Counted from the first letter of the stretch, positions 1 through 10,248 are shown. The stretch is DNA of 64,000 bases from Clostridia bacterium (GCA_045536565.1 JAZSNU010000013.1:64155-128154); one strand, 5' to 3'. A program made the numbers and translations. Notes: generated by a model from the sequence alone, not told the origin.

Positions 1-317
1 GATATTATATCATCTACTGTGATAGTAGTTCCATCCAACTTTTGCAACCATATATTATAGTCTGTGGTTTGTGGATTATTAATTTCAGTCATATAATTTG
101 AAAAATATGATAATATTTCATATCCATTTATTGTTCTTTTTTTTACATCATCTACCGATACCGTTCTACTTCCAGTAGGAAGAGATGCATCATATTCTTT
201 TGCTATTTCAGTTATATCTTTAACACTCATCATAAGATTTAAACCTACTGATAATGCCACAATAAGAATAAATATATTTACTCCTAATTGTATTGCTTGT
301 TGTAATGATTCATCCAC
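1..317 (-). CDS. Tad-locus pilin-like membrane protein (truncated by window edge)
   Basis: Not in ORF track. GTG at 317 after GGAGG RBS; reads MDESLQQAIQLGVNIFILIVALSVGL..., same N-terminal pattern as neighbouring pilin-like genes; open to the window edge. Confidence 0.75.
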   Translation of the reverse strand, partial: MDESLQQAIQLGVNIFILIVALSVGLNLMMSVKDITEIAKEYDASLPTGSRTVSVDDVKKRTINGYEILSYFSNYMTEINNPQTTDYNIWLQKLDGTTITVDDII

Positions 318-342
318 AAAACCTCCCCCTTCCTATATTAAT

Positions 343-711
343 TTATTTCCTATTAAAATTTATTATATAAATTCCGTTTTTTTGTTCTAGATTTGAAATA
401 TATGGCTTACTATATTCTTCTCTTGTTAATTCTATACTATCAGAACAATTCTCGCTTACACATACATCTACCGATTTATCATTTTCATATTTATCAATAG
501 TATTTTGTACATCTATTCCATAAAATTCTGTGTTTGAATCTCTATATTTATCAAATTCATCTAGTCTACCTTCAAATGTAATATTTGTTTCCGCTGTTTG
601 TTTGTATAATTGCTTTATTTCTGAAAATTCAAAAATAACAACTGTTACTATTAACAAAGTGACAAATATTGATACTCCAATCACGACTGCCTTTACTGCA
701 ATTTCATCCAT
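343..711 (-). CDS. Tad-locus pilin-like protein
   Basis: N-terminus MDEIAVKAVVIGVSIFVTLLIV resembles the other pilin paralogs; G-x-D-V motif downstream; operon context. Confidence 0.7.
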   Translation of the reverse strand: MDEIAVKAVVIGVSIFVTLLIVTVVIFEFSEIKQLYKQTAETNITFEGRLDEFDKYRDSNTEFYGIDVQNTIDKYENDKSVDVCVSENCSDSIELTREEYSKPYISNLEQKNGIYIINFNRK

Positions 712-763
712 GTTATACTTCTTCCTCCTAACAAAACATTCTCAACTTTTATTATATTAAAAG

Positions 764-2701
764 TTAAAAATTATTTTTCCAAGCCTCGCTATTGAAATTT
801 TTATACCCTTCATCTGCTAACTTCGCATTAGCAGCAGCACTAGGATAAATCCCGATATTATTATTAAAAAATGTTATATATTGATTTGATTCTATCTTTC
901 TAATTCTAACGTATCCATCACCATTGTTTTGAAAATTTACTGTTTCCTCAAAAGAATTATCTAACGGATCTCTCATTTGTTCAGAACCTCTTTGTGCTCT
1001 TGTATCTCTATGCTCTGGTGAAACATCTCCCGGGTTAACCCAAGAATACGAATTACCATCCCACAAATTAATAATATTCTTCCAATGGGCTGTCTTTGTA
1101 TTATATTTCAAATGCTCTATTTGATTTAAATAAGCAGCATATGTTGATTCAACTAAACCCGGTAATGGATATACTGTACTATTATTTGAAAAAGCAAACT
1201 CCGTTTCTGGCCAAAGATATGAAAGTCCTCCGCCGCCACCAGCATTTGGGTCATGTGAAGCACCACCACCATAGTAACCTCCGCCGCCACCACCGGCGCC
1301 ATCTACTGTTGCATTCCCACCTTGTAAAAGGCCGCCTTTTTCAACAGCTGGTACTCCATCATACCCAACAGATATAGTTGCAACCCCAGCGGTAGCTCCA
1401 ATTCCTTCATAACTAGAAGATGCAGGTTTTCCATTTCCGGCACCTCCAAAATTTCCTCCATCTCCGCCATAACCATTATTTGATTTACTACTACACCCGC
1501 CGCCACCACCAGCGACCATTATTCTCGTAAGAAGGGATGCAGTATCCTTTTCGGTTTCTCCCTTTATTAATCTTATGTCTGTGGCTCCTCCGCCACCATA
1601 TCCGCCATATGAATTTCCTCCTCCGTTGTATCCACCATTTTCGGTATTACCAGATGAATATAGAGTACCTTTTCCGCCTATATACAAATATATAGTAGTA
1701 TCTTTATGAACATAATAATGTGTTTTTATATATGCTCCAAAGCAGTAGTTTAGTCGTCTTGTTAGATCATCAGGATTTCCAAAATAATTAGTAGTAGAAG
1801 GATAACCGCCAGATGCTCCCCATAATTCTATTTCATATACATTTCCACCTTCTAATGTAACTTCTTGAACATCGCCAGTATAATAATACACACTTCCTAA
1901 ATCTGTTTTAATATAACCATTATTAATCACACCATCATTGTTTACTGTCCCGCCATATTCAACAAATATTTTAGCTACATCGTCTGATCCAACATTAGCT
2001 GTCAACATATTATATAAAACACCTGCCATAGTTTTATTCGAATTTTTAACAGTAACAATTATTTTGTCACCTTTATTCATAACATATGAATTTTCGTTTT
2101 TATATGCATTAGAAATATATGTATCTATTTCTCCTAATCTACACAATCTCAAAAATTCTAATTTAGTAAGTCCAGTTCCCCTAAAAATTCTTTCTACTAT
2201 TTGTTTATCAGAAATTATCTCTTCATTTATAGCTTGCGCTGTTTCTATAAGCCAAGGCCCTGCATCATTGAAATAATAAATTTCTGTTCCTACGTGTAAT
2301 GCCGAGTCACCATCTAGATAATCATCTATATATTTTTCATAATCTAGAATCATAGAAACTTTCCCTTTTTTGTATGCATTGTTTTCAATTACGTAATTTC
2401 CGCTATTATCTTTAAGCTTTTCATAAATATAAATCACGGGGTCATATCTTTTTTTTACATGTTCTAGCGTGATTTCATACGAATTATTTGTAGCATATAC
2501 TCCTGATACAAATTCATTGTACATATCGGGCGAAATATATCCTTTGTTTGTAGCATTATCAACAAAATTTTGAGTTATTTTTAGTACTAAACTATATGAT
2601 ATGTCATCTATTTTCTCAAATGCAACATATATAGGTACTATAAACAAAACCAAAACACCTACTATAGCTGATATTATTTTTTGTAATGAAGATTCCATCA
2701 A
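764..2701 (-). CDS. Minor pilin/adhesin-like protein with C-terminal glycine-rich domain
   Basis: N-terminal TM segment; ELWGASGG...GGYNGGG...GGGGATDIR...IMVAGGGGG...GGGGGGYYGG matches the ALK/LTK-like Gly-rich domain. Confidence 0.7.
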   Translation of the reverse strand: MMESSLQKIISAIVGVLVLFIVPIYVAFEKIDDISYSLVLKITQNFVDNATNKGYISPDMYNEFVSGVYATNNSYEITLEHVKKRYDPVIYIYEKLKDNSGNYVIENNAYKKGKVSMILDYEKYIDDYLDGDSALHVGTEIYYFNDAGPWLIETAQAINEEIISDKQIVERIFRGTGLTKLEFLRLCRLGEIDTYISNAYKNENSYVMNKGDKIIVTVKNSNKTMAGVLYNMLTANVGSDDVAKIFVEYGGTVNNDGVINNGYIKTDLGSVYYYTGDVQEVTLEGGNVYEIELWGASGGYPSTTNYFGNPDDLTRRLNYCFGAYIKTHYYVHKDTTIYLYIGGKGTLYSSGNTENGGYNGGGNSYGGYGGGGATDIRLIKGETEKDTASLLTRIMVAGGGGGCSSKSNNGYGGDGGNFGGAGNGKPASSSYEGIGATAGVATISVGYDGVPAVEKGGLLQGGNATVDGAGGGGGGYYGGGASHDPNAGGGGGLSYLWPETEFAFSNNSTVYPLPGLVESTYAAYLNQIEHLKYNTKTAHWKNIINLWDGNSYSWVNPGDVSPEHRDTRAQRGSEQMRDPLDNSFEETVNFQNNGDGYVRIRKIESNQYITFFNNNIGIYPSAAANAKLADEGYKNFNSEAWKNNF

Positions 2702-2707
2702 TACCTC

Positions 2708-3127
2708 CTAAAATCTAAAAGTTGCTATTATTTTTTCTTTATTCCCCTCTATCTTTTTTTCTAAATCAAAGAAATAATTTGGTCTTATATTGCTATCACG
2801 AACTATTGTGTTACTTGTTGAATAATAATCTGTATTATCAAATATTAGTTTTTTATCATTAATTTTATCATCAACCGACATGTATACAGTAACAACATCA
2901 TCGTTCCAATAATACTCCATCAGATGTCTAAGATCTCTTCCCGTTATTAGTTCTGATTCAAGTATAGTATCTATATATTTCTTATCCGCATTTGCTATAT
3001 CATGACGATTAGCCATAGTAGCTGTACTTTTTGCTGTATCATAGAAGTTTATAATTAAACTTATAGTTATAATCGAAACAAAAACACTTACCCCTATAAA
3101 TACAGCCCTACTTGCATTTTCATCCAT
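2708..3127 (-). CDS. Tad-locus pilin-like protein
   Basis: ATG 3127 after AAGGTG; MDENASRAVFIGVSVFVSII paralogous to pilins; ITGRDL motif. Confidence 0.7.
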   Translation of the reverse strand: MDENASRAVFIGVSVFVSIITISLIINFYDTAKSTATMANRHDIANADKKYIDTILESELITGRDLRHLMEYYWNDDVVTVYMSVDDKINDKKLIFDNTDYYSTSNTIVRDSNIRPNYFFDLEKKIEGNKEKIIATFRF

Positions 3128-3279
3128 ATTTATCACCTTTTTATACAATTAAATTTTACCATAAAACAGGCTTAAAATATATGTCTCAAAGTATATGTAA
3201 TATAAATATATTTAATTTGTAATATTTTTGTAATCATATACATGAAACACGGATAATTACTAGCTTTTCTAAACATTAT

Positions 3280-3286
3280 TTCGACA
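3280..3286 (-). promoter_or_regulatory. Putative Spo0A box (TGTCGAA)
   Basis: TTCGACA on + strand in the divergent intergenic region upstream of pilin A. Confidence 0.4.
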
Positions 3287-3309
3287 TTATCTTTGATAAA
3301 AAACTTATG

Positions 3310-3552
3310 CGCAAAATATCAATTTTGCAAAAACAACACAGCTGGTTAACACACGAGTTATTTACCGTGTTTAACATATATGTACATATATCTAAACAAA
3401 AGATATATTGAGATAAATCTATAAAAATTAAAGGAGGAAAAGATTATGGATAACGCTCAAAAAGCAATTATGATTGGTGTTGGTTTATTTATAACAATCA
3501 TTATTATTTCAGCAGTACTATTAATAGTTAATCTAGGTACTGATTTAATTGA
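3310..3552 (+). repeat. Left arm of ~250-bp inverted repeat (leader plus pilin 5' end)
   Basis: Reverse complement of ~6005-6255; 3442-3523 is 82/82 identical to 6043-6124, and 3366-3394 is 29/29 identical to 6172-6200. Confidence 0.95.
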
Positions 3553-3967
3553 CGAATCAACTGCAAAACTTGATTCAATAAGTTCATCACTACAAGGGTC
3601 ATTAACAGAAAATTATGATGGTAAAATAATGACTGGATCTCGTGTAATAAATGCAATAAAAGAATATGCAAATGGTGGTGAAGTTTCAATTGTTCTTTAT
3701 AACAAATCGAATGTAGCAGTAGCTTGGACAGGTGCAAAGAAAATTGGAGATTTAGCTGATGTTTCTAAAATAGGTACTACAGATGTTAAGTTAGCTAATG
3801 ATTCAACGGGTTTGACAGATTGGGCTGGTGATAAAACTAATTTAAGTGATTTTTCAAATAATACAAAAGGAGAGGTATATGTAAACCCATCTAAACAATA
3901 CAAAGTATCAGTTGTAAGAACATCTGCTGATGCAGTTGTAGGAATTGTATTCCAACCAGTAGCCTAG
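3446..3967 (+). CDS. Major pilin-like paralog A (opposite strand to tad operon)
   Basis: AAGGAGG RBS; MDNAQKAIMIGVGLFITIIIISAVLL identical to paralog B, C-terminal region divergent. Confidence 0.8.
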   Translation: MDNAQKAIMIGVGLFITIIIISAVLLIVNLGTDLIDESTAKLDSISSSLQGSLTENYDGKIMTGSRVINAIKEYANGGEVSIVLYNKSNVAVAWTGAKKIGDLADVSKIGTTDVKLANDSTGLTDWAGDKTNLSDFSNNTKGEVYVNPSKQYKVSVVRTSADAVVGIVFQPVA

Positions 3968-4017
3968 CTAATTATTATTAAAAGTTAATAGTGGGGTGCG
4001 GATAACTAAAAAGTTAT

Positions 4018-5504
4018 GGCTGTATAATTTAGGTTGGGGTGTGTAAAAACACTTCAACCTTTTTATTGCATAAAAATTGCAATTAAATCATTTTTACCTT
4101 AAAATGTAGTTGATTAGAAAACAAAGAAAGGTTTTGGTGATTTAATTGCGTAAAAATGATATAACAGATTTCTTTAATTTGCAAGAGGTTAAAGTAGATT
4201 TTCATAAATGTTCTAAAAGTTTAATTGAACTTTGGATTAAATGTCCTGTTAAGGAACATATTTGTCCTGTTTGTAATTCTTCTACTTCTCGTATACACGA
4301 CTACTATACTCGTTCTTTTAACCATATTAAAGTTGGTCAAAAAACTACTAGGATATATTACAAGCAGCGCAGATATGTTTGTTTACATTGTGGTAAAAGA
4401 TTTGCTGAGAAGAATACTTTTATACAGAAATTTTACAGGCATTCCAATGATGTTGTTAATACTGTATTTGATCAACTTACTCAGATTCGTAGTCTCTCTC
4501 AGATAGGCTATGATAACAATATGTCTGCTCAAAATGTTTCTAGACTTATGAATAAATTTATGCCTATCTTTCATAATACTACTTCTCTTCCAGAAGCTAT
4601 TGGTATTGATGAATTTAAAGGTAATGCTGGTGGTAACAAATTTCAAGTTTATATTACTAATCTTAAAACTGGTAAAGTTATTGATATTATCTCCGCCAGG
4701 TCAGAAGATGCTTTGTATAATTTCTTTAGAAAAATTTCTAATCCTAAAGATGTTAAATTTGTTGCTATGGATTTATCTCTTTTCTTTAAAAGTATTATTG
4801 CAGACATTTTTCCTAATGCTAAAATTATTGCTGATACTTTTCATTTTACTAGACTTATGCATTGGGCCTTAGATAATGTTAGAAAAGATGTTCAAAAAGG
4901 ATTACCAAAAGATATGCGTATCTACTTTAAACACAGTAGATATGTTCTTCACAAAAGAATTATCGACTTAAATCCTGATCAATATCATCAACTTACTAAT
5001 ATGCTTGATTACAATGAAAATCTTAGATGGGCTTATTCTATTGTTCAAAACTTGTTTGAGATTATTGATGAAAAAAATCCTGGTAAGAAAGTTACTCTTT
5101 TTAAAGAGTTTATGACATATGCTAGCAATTGTGACTTGCCAGAATTTAACAAACATATTCAAACTTACTTTAAATGGCATAAATATATTATCAATTCTTT
5201 TTATACCAACTATTCTAATGGTATTACAGAAGGTTTAAATACTAAGATTAAAACTTTAAAAAGAGTTTCTTTTGGATTTAGAAATTTTCAAAACTTTAGA
5301 TTAAGAATTTTAATGGCTTGTTCTTAAATCTAATATATTAATTTGTTTTAATTAAATTAGCCGTTAGGCTTGCGTTAGCATGCCCAAAAATATATATTTC
5401 AATTACTTTTTAAGTGTATTAACACTGCATACCTAAAAAGTCCATAAAAAGTGAGATGCAGATAACTTTTTAGTTATCCGCACCCCAACTATTGACTTAG
5501 AGTC
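4018..5504 (+). mobile_element. ISL3-family insertion sequence
   Basis: ISL3 transposase; imperfect terminal IRs GGCTGTA...GTTGGGGTG (4018-4041) and CACCCCAAC...TAGAGTC (5481-5504); no clear target duplication. Confidence 0.8.
4146..5327 (+). CDS. ISL3-family transposase
   Basis: Zinc finger CPVC...CLHCG; IGIDEF, AMDLS, ADTFH, SNGITEGLNTKIKTLKRVSFGFRNF motifs. Confidence 0.95.
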   Translation: MRKNDITDFFNLQEVKVDFHKCSKSLIELWIKCPVKEHICPVCNSSTSRIHDYYTRSFNHIKVGQKTTRIYYKQRRYVCLHCGKRFAEKNTFIQKFYRHSNDVVNTVFDQLTQIRSLSQIGYDNNMSAQNVSRLMNKFMPIFHNTTSLPEAIGIDEFKGNAGGNKFQVYITNLKTGKVIDIISARSEDALYNFFRKISNPKDVKFVAMDLSLFFKSIIADIFPNAKIIADTFHFTRLMHWALDNVRKDVQKGLPKDMRIYFKHSRYVLHKRIIDLNPDQYHQLTNMLDYNENLRWAYSIVQNLFEIIDEKNPGKKVTLFKEFMTYASNCDLPEFNKHIQTYFKWHKYIINSFYTNYSNGITEGLNTKIKTLKRVSFGFRNFQNFRLRILMACS

Positions 5505-5541
5505 TAAATTCTGTATATTTTTTAACTTTTGAATTAATATA

Positions 5542-6120
5542 TTATGCTGATGGTAAAACAGTTATATCACTAGTTCCTACAAGATCAGAAGGTATAAATA
5601 TTACTCCAACCATTGCATCACCGTCTACACGAATTACATAAGCATTGTATCTTGCACTAGTATTTACATAAGTAATTCCTGCAAAATTAACATCAGTAAA
5701 TCTAGTCATAGCAATAGTAGCAGCATCATCTGAGTTTGTATAATGATCTGAGCTGATTTCAGCAGTTCCATCAACAGGATCGATTGTTATTTGTATATCA
5801 GCACCATTAGCTTGACCAGCTAAATTTCTAGCACCAACACTTGCAACAGAATTTCCATCATCATTAACTAGAACTATTGATAGGTCTGTTGCTGTCATGT
5901 ATTGTTGTATAGCACCTCTTACTTGTGTTCCTGATACTACTTTAGCATCATAGTTTTGTAATATTTGGTTTTGTAATGATGATGACATTGAACTTAAATT
6001 ACTTGTTGCGTCATCAACTAATCCAGTACCCAAGTTTACTACTAATAGTACTGCTGAAATAATAATGATTGTTATAAATAAACCAACACCAATCATAATT
6101 GCTTTTTGAGCGTTATCCAT
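5542..6120 (-). CDS. Major pilin-like paralog B (in line with tad operon)
   Basis: Follows the TadB/C-like gene; AAGGAGG RBS; same first 26 aa as paralog A. Confidence 0.8.
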   Translation of the reverse strand: MDNAQKAIMIGVGLFITIIIISAVLLVVNLGTGLVDDATSNLSSMSSSLQNQILQNYDAKVVSGTQVRGAIQQYMTATDLSIVLVNDDGNSVASVGARNLAGQANGADIQITIDPVDGTAEISSDHYTNSDDAATIAMTRFTDVNFAGITYVNTSARYNAYVIRVDGDAMVGVIFIPSDLVGTSDITVLPSA

Positions 6121-6255
6121 AATCATTTCCTCCTTTTATTTTATAGATTTCTCTCATATATATCTTTTGTATAGATATATGTACATATATGTTAAACACG
6201 AGATATATTCGTGTATTAACCATTTTGTTTTTTTGTGCAAAAATGCTATTTTGCG
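6005..6255 (-). repeat. Right arm of ~250-bp inverted repeat
   Basis: Reverse complement of ~3310-3552. Confidence 0.95.
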
Positions 6256-6258
6256 TAA

Positions 6259-8319
6259 TTACATTGCACCCATTTGAGTAAAGTATGTTGCCATTTGCAT
6301 TATACTTACTATCATTAGTGGCCCAACGAAATATCCTGCTACAAGAATAATCATAGGTGTAAAACCAATTGCTTTTCCCATTGCAACTTTCTTCTGTATA
6401 ACCCTTTCGTTTGCCTCTTTTCTTTTTTCATAGTAAAAGTTTCTTTCAGTTTCTAATTCATCAAAAGCCTCTCTTACTGGTATTCTCTCAACTGCTGAAA
6501 GTAATCCATCTACTATTCTCTTAAAATCTTTATTTGGTACTCTGTCTTTAAGTTCTTCTAATGCTTCTGATGCTCCTGCTTCATAATTGTTAAGCGCTGT
6601 TGCTATTGCATCTTTAAAAGCATATGAATATCTTTCAAGCCATTCTAATATCGTTTGTACATCAACTCTTTCTATATACATAAGCATAAGAATAATTGAT
6701 TGAAATTGCATTATTTCATTTTCTTTTTCCATTTCTCTCATTTTGTTTCTAACAAACATTATGACATCTGGTACAAAATACGCAATAAATCCAACTCCCA
6801 ATGATATTATTAATTCCCAATATTTCAAGTATATCCCTTGAACTTGTGTTACTTTGTTATATATTCTATCAACTTGTTCCTCTGTTGCACTACCTTCTTT
6901 TGCCTCTATATCAGCCTTAATTTGGTCTTTTGTTATTTTAGAATCTCCTCTATATTCTTCTACATACACCGCATCTTGCTCTGCCATAAGATTTGCCGCT
7001 GCCTCATCTTCTTCTGAAAGCTTACCAAGTTCTAAAAACTCGTCTGCTATTCCAGTAAATACAGCATTAAAATCTATGTGATGCATATTTAGTATAAGTG
7101 TAAGTGAAAATACAAAACCAATTAATGCCGCTGCGACTTTATTTACATAAAACCACTCTAATGTCAAAAATGCGTTTGTGTTTTTTATCATTTCCGTTTT
7201 CTTTTTTCGCTTGGTAGTGTATTCTGCTGGTATTAAACCATCAACTATCTTTCTTACTAGTGGAATAGAATATGCTCTATCTTGCCACTTTTTAGTTGCT
7301 ATCCTATCAAATTTTATTTGATCTGAATCTTCTCTTATTACTCTAAGAGCAAAATAACAAACAAATATTGATATAAGTATAAGTGCTTTTATTATAAAGC
7401 CAAAGCTACTGTTGTAGAAGTTTATAAGTGCTGCAAAATTGCTCTCAGCCCAACTTTGTATAATATTTGTAAAGAATATTGGTGCTACTGCAATTGCTGT
7501 TAAACTTCTAAACATATAATTAATTTTATCTCTTTTTAATATTTCAAGATATACATCATTAACTATATTATTAAGATTCTTTAAATATATTGATGTACCG
7601 TCTACTTTTCTATCTCCTAGTTCCATAGTAAGATACGAAACACCTGCAAATAGTTTTAAAAATCTATTTGGTGCAGTATCATAATATTTTTCTAATTGAA
7701 CTTCTGGATTATCTGCAAGTATTGCCTCTTTTATTCTTTTTACTTGTGGTGTAATTTCTTTATCTTCAAGTTCATCAATAGCATCATTAAAAGCCTCTTC
7801 TATCATTCCATGTTCATGGAATGAGTGTCTTATTTCAGTAAACACTTCTGGTATCTGTCTTAATATCTTATCTGCAACTCCATTAACTCTGTAATTAGTT
7901 ATTACCTCATTAACTAAAAGAACTGCAATAATTACTATAAGTTGCATGTATAAATCGTTCGTAACATTTATAAATATAAATAGTGCTACAAATATAAATA
8001 TTACGGATGAAAGCATTATACTTCCTGTTTTTCTTCTTATTTCATATTCAGTATAATCGTTAACCATTTCAAGTTTCAAACGAACTTTTCTAGTATAGTA
8101 TTTAACAACTGGTATTGATATACATATTATATAAAATGCTTGATATACTCTATCGAATATATCTGAAAAACTAGTTTTTTTCTTTACAACAATCTGATCT
8201 TTTTGGAAAAGAGCACTATTTTTTTTATATTTTTTCTTCATCATATTAAAATATATTAATAATGCTGCCATTCCTACAACAGAGAACGCGACTAAACCAA
8301 TTGCTATATAAACTATCAT
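6259..8319 (-). CDS. Fused TadB/TadC-like pilus platform membrane protein
   Basis: Multi-TM protein with two GspF-like halves (ILRQIPEVFTEIRH..; EIMQFQSIILML..ALEELK); directly downstream of the CpaF ATPase. Confidence 0.75.
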   Translation of the reverse strand: MIVYIAIGLVAFSVVGMAALLIYFNMMKKKYKKNSALFQKDQIVVKKKTSFSDIFDRVYQAFYIICISIPVVKYYTRKVRLKLEMVNDYTEYEIRRKTGSIMLSSVIFIFVALFIFINVTNDLYMQLIVIIAVLLVNEVITNYRVNGVADKILRQIPEVFTEIRHSFHEHGMIEEAFNDAIDELEDKEITPQVKRIKEAILADNPEVQLEKYYDTAPNRFLKLFAGVSYLTMELGDRKVDGTSIYLKNLNNIVNDVYLEILKRDKINYMFRSLTAIAVAPIFFTNIIQSWAESNFAALINFYNSSFGFIIKALILISIFVCYFALRVIREDSDQIKFDRIATKKWQDRAYSIPLVRKIVDGLIPAEYTTKRKKKTEMIKNTNAFLTLEWFYVNKVAAALIGFVFSLTLILNMHHIDFNAVFTGIADEFLELGKLSEEDEAAANLMAEQDAVYVEEYRGDSKITKDQIKADIEAKEGSATEEQVDRIYNKVTQVQGIYLKYWELIISLGVGFIAYFVPDVIMFVRNKMREMEKENEIMQFQSIILMLMYIERVDVQTILEWLERYSYAFKDAIATALNNYEAGASEALEELKDRVPNKDFKRIVDGLLSAVERIPVREAFDELETERNFYYEKRKEANERVIQKKVAMGKAIGFTPMIILVAGYFVGPLMIVSIMQMATYFTQMGAM

Positions 8320-8323
8320 TTAA

Positions 8324-10237
8324 TCACCCCCATGCTGTATCTATGAATTTGTCAAAATCTTTCATGTCTTCTGGTGACATATTCTCTCTCATTGCTTTTA
8401 TATTTTCTTCACTTATTGGATGAACCATTACATATTTTCCATCTCTAAACTCAACTATGTTATGATATTCATAGTTTGCTGTTTGTGTCATATGTCTAAA
8501 ATACTCAGTGGCATTATCCATAAACGCTGTCCATTTATCTTCCATTGTCTTTTTATTTCTATAATTTTCGTTATAATTAAATGTTTTTTCCTTAGGTACA
8601 CATTCAGTTATTCTTTCTATATACCTAGAACCATCTACACCTCTTTTTAAGTGTACATCAAAGTTTATAACATTAACAACTTGCACTTCTGCAACATCTT
8701 CATCATTAAACATTCCTATTTTTAAAAGTGAGTTTCTAAGCGCTGTTATCAAGTTAGGGAAAGTTTTAGCATGGTGAGTAAATAGCGTAAACTTAGATGC
8801 AACCTGTGCCATTTGTATCATCCACGCAGCAACCGGATCAGTTGCAACCTCTCCTAGAATGTTAACACCACCATCTGTCTTTTTCTGAACATCAAGTCCC
8901 ATTTGACCTGTTATTGTTTCAGTCTCTCTTAAAGACAAGATGTTGTTATGTGGATATATTTTTCTTAAATGCAACTCGAATGCTGTTTCTTGTACCCTGA
9001 TTGTTATTGTAGGGTAGATATATTTCATTATTGCCATAAGCAATGTAGTTTTACCACAACCTTGCTCACCAGTTATTGCTGTTACCCTTGCTCCTCTGAT
9101 TAAGAATTTAAGCATTTGTATAACTGGTTCTTTACCTTCGTGTGTTAATAATTGTTCTGTATTAAGTAATGTTGGTGGAGCAAACTTTCTTACGAAGAAT
9201 GCCCAAGATTCAGAAAAGTTTGGTCTTAAAACAACTACACGGGAACCATCTTTCATTTCGTTAATTTTGAAACCAACTGATTCTGAAAGTTGTCCAGGGT
9301 TATTATATTTGTATATGTTCTGACAAACTCTTTTAAGTTCTGACTCTGACCCAAATGATAAGAACGATAAATACATTGCTTTACCTTTATAGAATACCCA
9401 AACTGAATCATAAGACATTGGTATGTTTATCTTTCCAGTAGCATCAAGGTATTCTTCCATATCACCTACTTGATCAAGGAATGACGGAGGTATACCAGAT
9501 ACACCACCAGATACACCATCTATATTTTGGTCTCTAACCTCATCTATAACACTGTATCCTTTATATCCTTGATATACTCTTTGAACAACAATTTCTAATT
9601 TATCATCAAAACTCAGTGTTATGTTTTCCATTTGCTCATTAAATATTTTATCTATTTCTTCTGCTGTTACCACATATGATGGAACATTAGGGTCATACTC
9701 GAATTTAGGAACATCCAGTTCATATTCAGTAACAATTTGAGAAAATGCATTATTCCCATATTTTTTCTTATATTCATGAAGTAATATTTCAAATTTATCT
9801 TGCGCCGTTAGTTTTTCGTAATTATCAAAATTTATTGCGTAATTTATGTTTTTCGAATTTACTTTATAGTTATTTGATAAAAGATCAAACATTAAGGTTT
9901 TAACATACTTTTTATCACTAGAATCTGCATATGCTGCACCTTTTAAAGCCTTTTTAAGCTCATATTTTGTATTTTTTCTTCTTTCAAATTCATCTTCTGA
10001 AAGAGCTAAATCATACAAATTCATTCTTGTTATTTCATCAAATTGATTTTTTATATAATCAGTTAACCCTTGCAAATTATATGCAAGTCTTTCTCTTTCT
10101 ACTTCACTAACCTCTGCCGTTTTCTTTCCACCTTTTGCTAAAGAATATATAGCTAGTACAACAAAAGCAATTATTACAACTATAAGTATAAAGTTTATTA
10201 TAAAAGTTGTTGACACGACATTAGCTCCTCCTTTCAA
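8324..10237 (-). CDS. cpaF: CpaF/TadA-family pilus assembly ATPase
   Basis: Walker A GEQGCGKTT, QETAFEL Asp box, ILGEV Walker B, FTHHA His box; GSRV..RP..FFVRKF. Confidence 0.9.
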   Translation of the reverse strand: MKGGANVVSTTFIINFILIVVIIAFVVLAIYSLAKGGKKTAEVSEVERERLAYNLQGLTDYIKNQFDEITRMNLYDLALSEDEFERRKNTKYELKKALKGAAYADSSDKKYVKTLMFDLLSNNYKVNSKNINYAINFDNYEKLTAQDKFEILLHEYKKKYGNNAFSQIVTEYELDVPKFEYDPNVPSYVVTAEEIDKIFNEQMENITLSFDDKLEIVVQRVYQGYKGYSVIDEVRDQNIDGVSGGVSGIPPSFLDQVGDMEEYLDATGKINIPMSYDSVWVFYKGKAMYLSFLSFGSESELKRVCQNIYKYNNPGQLSESVGFKINEMKDGSRVVVLRPNFSESWAFFVRKFAPPTLLNTEQLLTHEGKEPVIQMLKFLIRGARVTAITGEQGCGKTTLLMAIMKYIYPTITIRVQETAFELHLRKIYPHNNILSLRETETITGQMGLDVQKKTDGGVNILGEVATDPVAAWMIQMAQVASKFTLFTHHAKTFPNLITALRNSLLKIGMFNDEDVAEVQVVNVINFDVHLKRGVDGSRYIERITECVPKEKTFNYNENYRNKKTMEDKWTAFMDNATEYFRHMTQTANYEYHNIVEFRDGKYVMVHPISEENIKAMRENMSPEDMKDFDKFIDTAWG

Positions 10238-10248
10238 TGATATATTGG

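Noticed and set aside
3300-3445. c-di-GMP riboswitch upstream of the pilins
   Set aside because: No recognisable class I (GGCAAAC..GAAA..GACGCAAAG) or class II pattern by eye.
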